Positions 44,902 through 52,215 of a stretch of DNA of 57,287 nt are shown piece after piece (position 1 is the stretch's first letter; each line of letters begins with the position of its first letter). The position numbers were made by a program, and so were the translations under genes. Under the pieces are notes generated by a model that searched no databases, was not told the origin of the DNA, and was given only the letters and a program-made list of their open reading frames with translations. Source of the DNA: an uncultured Candidatus Peribacteria bacterium (GTDB lineage: Bacteria > Patescibacteriota > Gracilibacteria > UBA4473); NCBI GenBank assembly GCA_964513975.1, contig CAZEON010000001.1, positions 1 to 57,287 on the forward strand. Reading direction: 5' to 3'.

Positions 44902-46034
44902 CAAATCCACTTCCGCTTTCGGTTTACACACTTGGTCCCAAAGGTTCGTTCAGCGCACAAGGATCGGAAATATTCTTGGCTTCGGGGTGTTCCGATTCTG
45001 CGAATCCGCAGATTCAACTTTGTGATTCATTTCCTCGTATTTTCGAATCTGTAAAAGCTCATCCTGGTTCACTGGGAATTGTTCCTCTACAAAACGAATC
45101 AACGAGCAGTATTCATGAAAATGTAGATATGTTTTTTCAAGATTCAAGCCTGTGTATTTGGGCTGAGTTCTTGCTTCCGGTCAGATTGCATGTGCTTGGA
45201 CCTCCTGGCACTCAATTTGAAGACATCACACAACTTCATTCGCATCCAAAGGCCTTTGAGCAGTGTAAAACGTTCACAAATTCTTTTTCTGGAGAAATTC
45301 ATTACGGGAAAAGTACGTCTGCGCTTGCACAAAAAATAAAGAACAATGGAGAAAAAAATGTGGCGGTTCTTGGGGGGGAGGCCCTTATTCATCAAGGACT
45401 TTGCATCCTCAAACCCAACGTGCACGATCATGCGGTAAACGAAACACAGTTTGTTGTGTTTGGGGTTCAAGGCACGGCACCGAAATGTTTCCCAAAAAAT
45501 TCCAAATGGACGGTCCATTTTGAATGCCAACACAAACCGGGTTCTTTGGCACAGGTATTACAACTCGTGGCATCCCAAGGTGGAAATTTAATGAAAGTTG
45601 AGTCGCGCCCGATTCCAAATCAACGAGAACGATTTCGGTTTTGGCTTGATATAGATGCCACGCATGCGAAACCAACTTTGTACGAAGAGCTAAAAGCCTC
45701 GACGGTGGATTTTCATTGTGTTGGTCAATACGCACCAGGACAAGTACTTGATCTTGATAGTCCACATTCTCGAATATCGTTGTTGCGTCGACAGATAGAC
45801 TCAGTTGATACGGATATTGTAGATTTATTAATCCATCGACAATCGTTCGTTCGGTCGATCGCTCAGGAGAAGGAAAAAGAGAATATACCAGTAGAACAAC
45901 AGGAACGTTTTGCAGAAATTCTTCAGTCGAGAATCCTTCAAGCAAAGAACAATGATCTCAATATTGAGTTTGTACGAAAACTCTATAATCTTATCCATAC
46001 AGAATCTGTTTCCTATCAGAACGATAAGCCATGA
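44898..46034 (+). CDS. pheA: Prephenate dehydratase + ACT domain + C-terminal AroQ chorismate mutase
   Basis: The prephenate dehydratase domain has TLGPKGSFS, and the ACT domain has KPGSLAQVL...ESRP. The C-terminus reads LLRRQIDSVDTDIVDLLIHRQ...IPVEQQERF...LYNLIHTESVSYQ, the chorismate mutase pattern. Confidence 0.85.
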   Translation: MTNPLPLSVYTLGPKGSFSAQGSEIFLASGCSDSANPQIQLCDSFPRIFESVKAHPGSLGIVPLQNESTSSIHENVDMFFQDSSLCIWAEFLLPVRLHVLGPPGTQFEDITQLHSHPKAFEQCKTFTNSFSGEIHYGKSTSALAQKIKNNGEKNVAVLGGEALIHQGLCILKPNVHDHAVNETQFVVFGVQGTAPKCFPKNSKWTVHFECQHKPGSLAQVLQLVASQGGNLMKVESRPIPNQRERFRFWLDIDATHAKPTLYEELKASTVDFHCVGQYAPGQVLDLDSPHSRISLLRRQIDSVDTDIVDLLIHRQSFVRSIAQEKEKENIPVEQQERFAEILQSRILQAKNNDLNIEFVRKLYNLIHTESVSYQNDKP

Positions 46035-47245
46035 AAACAGCTCCAATAATTTCTATCCTTGGTTCTAAGTCGATTGCTCAGCGAGCACTCATCTGTGCCG
46101 CACTCTGCGCGAAACCGACCATCCTGCACAATGTTCCAGATGGCGACGATGTAGGACATCTCATGCAGGCACTCGTGCAGTGTGGTGTGGAAATAAAACC
46201 GTTGGAAGAATTCTCCTTTCAAATCATTCCTCCGAAAGAGTTCACCCTTCAAAATCCAGATTTCAACGTCGGACACGGAGGAGCACCCTTGCGATTTCTC
46301 ATGAGTTTCCTTGGTCTTATCCCGGGTAAAAAAATACTCGATGGATCGGAACGATTACGAGAACGACCAATTGGCCCCTTTATTCACGCACTCAAAAACG
46401 CAGGGGCAGACATCAACGACAAACTTCCGCTTACGATCGGACAGCATAAATTGTCGGAAGAAATCACGATACGGGGAGGCGATAGTAGCCAAGGTATCAG
46501 TTCACTCCTCTTGAGTGGAGTCGCTTTGGGAGTCAAAAAAATAATCATCACTGGAGAACGAACGTCCGCTTCGTACCTCAACCTGACACAAAAAGTCCTC
46601 GCGGACTTCGGCATTTTGATTGCCGAGACGATGGACGGGTACATGCTCATGGGGCATTACACATCGCATGAAACGTACTTTGTCGAGCCAGATTGGGCGA
46701 GTGCTGGGTATTTAATTGGGGCTTCATTACTCCAAAGAAAACCGCTCCTCATCCCGCAGCTCACCCTAAATTCACCACAACCCGATGCGCTCATTGTTCC
46801 CGCTCTGCAGGCCATGGGAATGAAAATCGGGCAAACACCGGAAGGACTGCTTTTCACTCCGTCAGGAGCTTTTCAGAGTCCAGGAACAGTCGATTGTCGT
46901 CTCTTCCCAGACAGTGCGTTGACGCTGGCAGTGCTTGCGGCTTTTTGCAAAGGAACCACAACCCTCACGGGTCTCTACACACTTCCGCTCAAGGAATGTG
47001 ATCGACTCACATCCCTTCACACAGAACTCGCGCAGATGGGGATACTGAGTGAAGTTACTGCCGATTCCATCACTATTCACGGGGGAGATCCCAAGTTTGC
47101 CACGATTCAAACCTATGATGATCATCGGATGGCGATGGCGTTTGGGATGGCACAAGTGTGTTTTCCAGCATTGCGAATTGAGAACCCCGAGGTTGTTTCC
47201 AAATCGTTCCCTGGGTTTTGGGATATTCTCACCGCTCTCAAATAA
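46031..47245 (+). CDS. aroA: 3-phosphoshikimate 1-carboxyvinyltransferase (EPSP synthase)
   Basis: LGSKSIAQRALICAAL, RERPIGP and DDHRMAMAF. Confidence 0.87.
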   Translation: MKTAPIISILGSKSIAQRALICAALCAKPTILHNVPDGDDVGHLMQALVQCGVEIKPLEEFSFQIIPPKEFTLQNPDFNVGHGGAPLRFLMSFLGLIPGKKILDGSERLRERPIGPFIHALKNAGADINDKLPLTIGQHKLSEEITIRGGDSSQGISSLLLSGVALGVKKIIITGERTSASYLNLTQKVLADFGILIAETMDGYMLMGHYTSHETYFVEPDWASAGYLIGASLLQRKPLLIPQLTLNSPQPDALIVPALQAMGMKIGQTPEGLLFTPSGAFQSPGTVDCRLFPDSALTLAVLAAFCKGTTTLTGLYTLPLKECDRLTSLHTELAQMGILSEVTADSITIHGGDPKFATIQTYDDHRMAMAFGMAQVCFPALRIENPEVVSKSFPGFWDILTALK

Positions 47246-47282
47246 TGATTCGAAATTGTAATATTTGTGTTATCATACTCCT

Positions 47283-47570
47283 ATGAAAGTACAAAAGAAA
47301 AAAGTTAACGATCTCGTTCAAGCTTTTCTTCTTCTCGAGAATGAGAAACAAGTCAGATCATTTTTTGGGGATATTTTTACACCGCAAGAAGTAGAAGCGT
47401 TCATTGAACGATGGGAGATTGTTCAAATGCTTCTGGGAACGGAGCTCTCACAGAGAGAGGTTGCGAAGAAGATTGGGTGCAGTGTGACGCTTGTGTCTCG
47501 TGCGAGTCGAATGCTTCAATATGGAACAGGGGGGTTTGAAGCGGTCTATGCTCTTGTGAAGAAGAAATAA
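47283..47570 (+). CDS. TrpR-like YerC/YecD-family DNA-binding protein
   Basis: About 95 aa. FFGDIFTPQEVEAFIERWEIVQML..G.SQREVAKKIG.SV..VSR matches the YerC/TrpR helix-turn-helix pattern. Confidence 0.75.
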   Translation: MKVQKKKVNDLVQAFLLLENEKQVRSFFGDIFTPQEVEAFIERWEIVQMLLGTELSQREVAKKIGCSVTLVSRASRMLQYGTGGFEAVYALVKKK

Positions 47571-47600
47571 AGGGGGAATATTCGGTTTTTTGTGGTATGC

Positions 47601-47640
47601 TTAAGTACGTATTCGAATACGTATTCGTGTACGTACTTAA
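47601..47640. repeat. TACGTA/TTCGAA composite palindrome, TTAAGTACGTATTCGAATACGTATTCGTGTACGTACTTAA
   Basis: The outer 11-nt arms are exact inverted repeats, and the inner ACGTATTCGAATACGT is a perfect 16-nt palindrome. It ends 9 nt before the AbrB-like ATG. Confidence 0.85.
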
Positions 47641-47649
47641 CAAAATACC

Positions 47650-47869
47650 ATGGCACGTCCAAGAACAGCGTCAGAACCGGTTCGTAAGCTTACGAGAGTT
47701 GCGGGAAGTAGCTACTATGTCACCATTCCTTTGGATTATATTAGGCCATCGGCTCTGAGGAAAGCGAGGAATGCTCAGGCTCGAAGAAGAATTGGGGTGG
47801 AGGGAACGGCAGAAGGTGGTGGTGAAGAAAAGAGGGAAGAAGTTGATTATTGAGGATTGGGAAGGGTGA
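47650..47869 (+). pseudogene. AbrB/SpoVT-type (antitoxin-like) gene, copy A, frame-disrupted by a 43-nt insertion
   Basis: The N-terminal half MARPRTASEPVRKLTRVAGSSYYVTIPLDYIR is in frame 0. The C-terminal half ELGWRERQKVVVKKRGKKLIIEDWEG is in frame +1. The two halves are separated by 47746-47788. Confidence 0.7.
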
Positions 47870-48142
47870 GAAATGTAAAATAAATAAAAAATTTCCTATT
47901 TGGAGTTCTCACGATCCTTCTTTATAATTTTGCATACATGGTGCCAATTTGCACAGTTTCATTGGTTTCAAGCCATTCTGTGATTTGAAAAATGAAAAAA
48001 GAAAACACAATAATTTTGTTTAATGAAAAACAAGTCCGTCGGATTTGGGATGAAAGCAAGGAGCAGTGGTATTTCTCAATTATTGATGTGATAGAAATCC
48101 TAACAGATTCACGCATTCCAAAAAGATATTGGAGTGACTTAA

Positions 48143-49272
48143 GGAAACCCTGATAAAAAAAGAAAAAAGAGTAAAATAGGGACATGAAACAATTCACCTT
48201 ATTGGAAACAGCGACGAATGGACGTCGAGTGAGAGCAGATAAATTTTTGGAAGAGATGGACAAAGCCATCCCTTGGGGAAATTTTTTGGGATTAATTTGT
48301 CCAAAATATTACAAGAAGAAAGATAATCGCGGACGAAAACGAGCAGATGTGGAAACACTTTTGAGAATATATTTTTTGCAGCAATGGTTCAATTTGGGTG
48401 ATTTATCAGCAGAAGAAATGGTGCACGACAGGCTCAGTTTTCGACGATTTATAAGTTTGGATATTTGTGAAACAAGTCTTGATGAAACAACTATTTGTAA
48501 GTTTCGACATTTTTTAGAAGACCATGAATTAACCGAGAAAATGTTTGAGAAAGTAAATAATATTTTGGAAGAAAAAAACTTAATGATACGAGATGGAACA
48601 TGTGTCGATGCAACAATAATAGAAGCATCTGGCTCAACAAAAAATAAAAAGAATGAACGAGATTTAGAAATGAGTTCGACAAGGAAGGGAATGAATTATC
48701 GATTTGGAATGAAAGTGCACACAGGAGTTGATGCAAAATCAAAACTAATTCACACAATGAAAGTAACAACAGCAAGCATTCATGATTCACAAGTTTTTGA
48801 TGAATGTTTACATAGAGAAGAACAAGCGGTTTTTGCTGACAAAGCATTCGTTTCCGCAGACAAAAAACGGAAATTTAGAGCAGAAGGAAAATATTGGGGT
48901 GTGCAAGAGAAAGCTGTTCGTGGGAAAAAACTCTCATCATCTCAAAAAAAGAGAAACAAAAAAACGGGATCTGTTCGTGCTGGTGTTGAGCATCCATATT
49001 TAATGATCAAACATCACTGGGGACACAAAAAAGTCCGATATAAAGGACTTGAAAAAAACACAGTTCAATTCTTTTCGTTGTGTTTTTTAGCAAATCTACA
49101 TCGAGTACGGTTTGCTCTCGCAAAAGTTTAAAAACTTTTGCAGGAGAAGTGTGTCTAAATTCCCCAAGATAATCTAAAAAAGAGCGAGAAATCGCTCAAA
49201 AGACTGCTTTCTCTTAAAAAATAAAATGATTTATGAAATAAACCCTGATAAACCTAATTTATCAGGGTTTCC
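48143..49272 (+). mobile_element. IS5-family insertion sequence (1130 bp) with 15-bp perfect terminal inverted repeats and a TTAA target duplication
   Basis: The left inverted repeat GGAAACCCTGATAAA is at 48143-48157, and the right one TTTATCAGGGTTTCC at 49258-49272. TTAA occurs at 48139-48142 and 49273-49276. An internal copy of the left repeat at 49240-49252 forms a 13-bp hairpin with the right repeat. Confidence 0.9.
48184..49131 (+). CDS. IS5-family DDE transposase (InsH-like N-terminal domain)
   Basis: 315 aa. The N-terminus has the DUF772-like ...LLRIYFLQQWFNLGDLSAEEMVHDRLSFRRF. The C-terminus is the DDE_Tnp_1 type (DATIIEA ... ADKAF ... VEHPY). Confidence 0.88.
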   Translation: MKQFTLLETATNGRRVRADKFLEEMDKAIPWGNFLGLICPKYYKKKDNRGRKRADVETLLRIYFLQQWFNLGDLSAEEMVHDRLSFRRFISLDICETSLDETTICKFRHFLEDHELTEKMFEKVNNILEEKNLMIRDGTCVDATIIEASGSTKNKKNERDLEMSSTRKGMNYRFGMKVHTGVDAKSKLIHTMKVTTASIHDSQVFDECLHREEQAVFADKAFVSADKKRKFRAEGKYWGVQEKAVRGKKLSSSQKKRNKKTGSVRAGVEHPYLMIKHHWGHKKVRYKGLEKNTVQFFSLCFLANLHRVRFALAKV

Positions 49273-49951
49273 TTAAAAAGTAAATTAGAAAAGGAAGGGA
49301 GTGAAGTGTACGAAAAAATCGTACGGTTGAAAATGCTTGCGATTGATGGCAAAAATAGAGAAACGGATTGTTTTTCTACAGAAGATTTACTTCGTCTAAT
49401 TCAATCAATCCCTTCTCCAAAAGCAGAGCCGTTTAAATTATGGTTAGCACGGGTGGGGTATGAGCGAATTGAGGAAACGGAAGATCCAGAATTAGTTTTT
49501 AATCGGGCGATGAAGACATATCTTCAAAAAGGATATTCGAAAGAATGGATCAATCAGCGTCTCAAAAGTATTGAGGTACGAAAGGAGCTGACGGATGAAT
49601 GGCAGTTGAGAGGGGTTCAGGCGGGGATGGAATATGCGATTCTTACGGATGAGATTACCAAGGCGTGGGCGAACAAAAGCGTCAAAGATTACAAAAAATT
49701 CAAAGGGCTTCAGAAGGAGGGGTTGCGTGATAATATGACGAATCTTGAATTGGTTCTTAATATGTTGGCAGAGGTGTCTACAACTGCTATTTCCCAAAAG
49801 AAATACCCGGAAGGACTGGAAGCCAATAAGCGCATGGCGCGCAAAGGAGGTGGTGTTGCAAAGAAGGCAAGAATAGAGATTGAGGTGCAGACGGGAGAAG
49901 ATGTCCTGTCCGAGAAAGGGGTTCAGAAGAGGATATAGGGGAAAATCCTAT

Positions 49952-50237
49952 TCAGAGCCGGTTCGCAAGCTTGAATGAGTTGCAGGAAGGAGCTACTATG
50001 TCACCATTCCTTTGGATTATATTAGGCCATCGGCTCTGCTTTCGAGAGCCTCCCCTCGGGGTCTGAGCTCGGGGTCGAAGACGACCCTCGTGGAGAGGAG
50101 GAAAGCGAGGAATGCTCACTTCGAGTGGTGACCTCAGTGGAACCAGGCTCGAAGAAGAATTGGGGTGGAGGGAACGGCAGAAGGTGGTGGTGAAGAAAAG
50201 AGGGAAGAAGTTGATTATTGAGGATTGGGAAGGGTGA
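49952..50237 (+). pseudogene. AbrB-like gene remnant, copy B (5'-truncated, with a 130-nt insertion at the same codon as copy A)
   Basis: It aligns with copy A from SEPVRKL onward. The insertion at 50027-50156 equals the copy A insertion plus extra blocks of 60 nt and 27 nt. There is no start codon, and a TGA lies in frame. Confidence 0.7.
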
Positions 50238-50272
50238 GAGGGAAAAGAGGCTCGTGCTAGACACCTTACAGA

Positions 50273-51307
50273 CTAGCTAAAGATAGAATAAGTGACCCCT
50301 TTTCCGACTCCGTGTTTCTGAATTTTTTTCATTCGCACTAAATCTTGAAGATCTTTTTTAAGAGTTGGACGCTTAAATTGTGGTAAATGATCGTGGATTT
50401 GACCAATAGAAAGTTCTTCTTTTTCTAAAACCCCCAATATCAAATTTTTTCTTCCATCCATATTTAATTTAGTAGTTATGAAATAAGTAGATTGTTTTTT
50501 ATTTGTGATTAAATCGTAGACCAAGGTCATTGTTCCCAAAAGTTCTTCAGCAATGAAAAAGGAAAAAGAATTAAGATTATTTGTTTGATCAATCTTCTCA
50601 AGTTCTAAGAGGTATTTTCTTCTGTTTTCGTTTCTAATAACACATGGAGGGTATCCATCTTGCATAAGAATCAAGTTCATTAGTAATCGTGACATACGAC
50701 CATTCCCATCATCGAAAGGGTGAATACTGACAAATCGATAGTGAAAAATACTTGCGCGCTCTATCGCAGAAAGTAACTGTGTTTTTTTTGAATAATACCA
50801 GGTTAATAATTTTTCCATCTCTATTTGAACCTGCTCAGGTTCAGCATAGTGATGAATTTTTCCAGAAACAGTTAAAACATGATTTGGACGAATTTTATAT
50901 CTTCCAATATTAATCGGTTTTTTTATTAAACTCCCGCCGGCTCCTTTAACATATATATGATCAATACCTTTAAGCAAAAGTCCGTGAAGCGATTTAATAA
51001 AATGTTCAGTAATCTCTTGTTTCTTTTGTACAATATTATCTAAAACCTCAATAGCTTCAGCGTGATTTTGAGCTTCTAAAAACTCTTTCAGTGACCTCCC
51101 CTCAGAAGTGAGACCTTCCTGAAGAAAGAATGCGGTTTCTCCTAGGGTAAGCGTATTTCCCTCAATAGCGTTTGAGTTATAGGTCCATTCGATTCGCAGT
51201 CGATCTTGAATAGCTCGATTTAAACTGTCATCAAATGGTTTATGAGCTCCAATTTTTTCCTGAAGCCTCGTAATTTGATCGAAAAGGTTTTGAAAAGAAG
51301 TTTTCAT
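50273..51307 (-). CDS. Fic-family protein with a C-terminal winged-helix domain, auto-inhibited class
   Basis: Active site HPFDDGNGRMSRLL, inhibitory motif SNAIEG, and C-terminal ...KKIQKHGVGKGVTYSI. Confidence 0.88.
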   Translation of the reverse strand: MKTSFQNLFDQITRLQEKIGAHKPFDDSLNRAIQDRLRIEWTYNSNAIEGNTLTLGETAFFLQEGLTSEGRSLKEFLEAQNHAEAIEVLDNIVQKKQEITEHFIKSLHGLLLKGIDHIYVKGAGGSLIKKPINIGRYKIRPNHVLTVSGKIHHYAEPEQVQIEMEKLLTWYYSKKTQLLSAIERASIFHYRFVSIHPFDDGNGRMSRLLMNLILMQDGYPPCVIRNENRRKYLLELEKIDQTNNLNSFSFFIAEELLGTMTLVYDLITNKKQSTYFITTKLNMDGRKNLILGVLEKEELSIGQIHDHLPQFKRPTLKKDLQDLVRMKKIQKHGVGKGVTYSIFS

Positions 51308-51311
51308 TTTA

Positions 51312-51378
51312 TGGATATTTTCATTCTTATTATATCCATAAATATCCAGAAGTCAACAATTATATCCATAAATATCCA
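51312..51378. promoter_or_regulatory. Phased TATCCA repeats upstream of the second Fic gene (two 20-nt direct repeats ATTATATCCATAAATATCCA plus one inverted TGGATA)
   Basis: TATCCA occurs at 51333, 51343, 51363 and 51373, a spacing of 10/20/10 nt. TGGATA is at 51312-51317, next to the start codon. Confidence 0.5.
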
Positions 51379-51535
51379 TAAAATTATGAATATAAATACC
51401 AACTATTTTAACCTTCCGCCGAAATTCCCCGCCCGTAAGGGCGAGGGCTGGAGAGAATCCAGAATCTTTTAAATACAAACCCCCTAAATCCCCCTTATCA
51501 GGGGGGAGGAAAATACTTTTTATGGTACAATCATC

Positions 51536-51745
51536 TACGTATTCGAATACGTATTCGTGTACGTACTTAATAAAACATCATAGAACGTCCAAAGACAGTG
51601 TCAGAAACGGTTCGTAAGCTCGAATGAGTTGCAGGAAGTCACTATTTCTTTGGACTTTATTCGAGAATTGGGGTGGAGGGAACGGTAGAAGGTGGTGGTG
51701 AAGAAAAGAGGGAAGAAGTTGATTATTGAGGATTGGGAAGGGTGA
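51536..51745 (+). pseudogene. TACGTA palindrome plus AbrB-like gene remnant, copy C (no insertion, ATG to ATA, premature TAG)
   Basis: The palindrome is at 51536-51570. The coding remnant reads ...VTISLDFIRELGWRER*KVVVKKRGKKLIIEDWEG, showing the uninterrupted junction. Confidence 0.7.
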
Positions 51746-51811
51746 TGAAATGTTAAATTTATCGAAAATTTCCTATTTACAAAAAATGACTTCAGCGTAA
51801 TTATAAAAATC

Positions 51812-52087
51812 ATGACAAAACAGGAGTTGAAAAAGAATCAAATAGTTATTTATAAAACTTCAGATAATGAAGTTGGGTTCGAGGTGAAATTTGATGGTGA
51901 AAGCGTTTGGCTTAGACAAAACCAAATTGCAGAGCTTTTTGAGAAAGATAGAACTGTTGTTACTCGACATATAAACAATATTTTTAAAGACAAGGAAATG
52001 GATAAAAAAAGCAATGTGCAAAAAATGCACATTGCAAATTCTGATAAACCCATAAATCTTTATAGTTTGGATGTGATGGGGATATGA
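51812..52087 (+). pseudogene. RhuM-family gene fragment (N-terminal about 90 codons only)
   Basis: IVIYKTSDNEVGFEVKFDGESVWLRQNQIAELFEKDRTVVTRHINNIFKDKE...YSLDV matches the RhuM N-terminal region. Full-length members are about 3-4 times longer, by my recollection. Confidence 0.6.
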
Positions 52088-52215
52088 AGTAAGAGAAGAA
52101 ATTAATGAAAAATTAAGGAATGGGAGGATGGTGGTTGAAATAAGGGCATTATTTGAGTATGGTGTGTTGAAAAGAAATTTTGAGATAATTTGATAGAAAG
52201 GTTAGTATTCATGGG

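Larger units (their letters stand above)
47992..49938 (+). pseudogene. Bro-N/DinD-like gene interrupted by an IS5-family insertion
   Basis: The 5' part (47992-48142) ends ...RIPKRYWSDL. The 3' part (49273-49938) continues KSKLEKEGSEVYEKIVRLKMLAIDGK... Removing the IS and one TTAA copy restores a single ORF. Confidence 0.8.

Noticed and set aside
47746-47800. Programmed +1 frameshifting to rescue the AbrB-like copy A (and the TGG-TGA-C site in copy B)
   Set aside because: A +1 shift at CGA-AGA-AGA would rebuild the domain. However, there is no recognisable stimulatory element. Copy B lacks a start codon and has an earlier stop, and copy C is independently inactivated. Pseudogene decay is the simpler reading, and the point is kept only as a caveat inside a finding.
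50022-50264. The 80-aa minus-strand ORF across AbrB-like copy B
   Set aside because: It has a Ser/Pro/Leu-rich low-complexity translation of the repeat and its GC-rich inserts, with no start context or motifs.
52090-52125. A possible third copy of the Fic-cassette direct repeat (AAAAATTAAGGAA)
   Set aside because: Only a short AT-rich core matches, and the order of the segments differs. The similarity is consistent with chance in low-complexity sequence.
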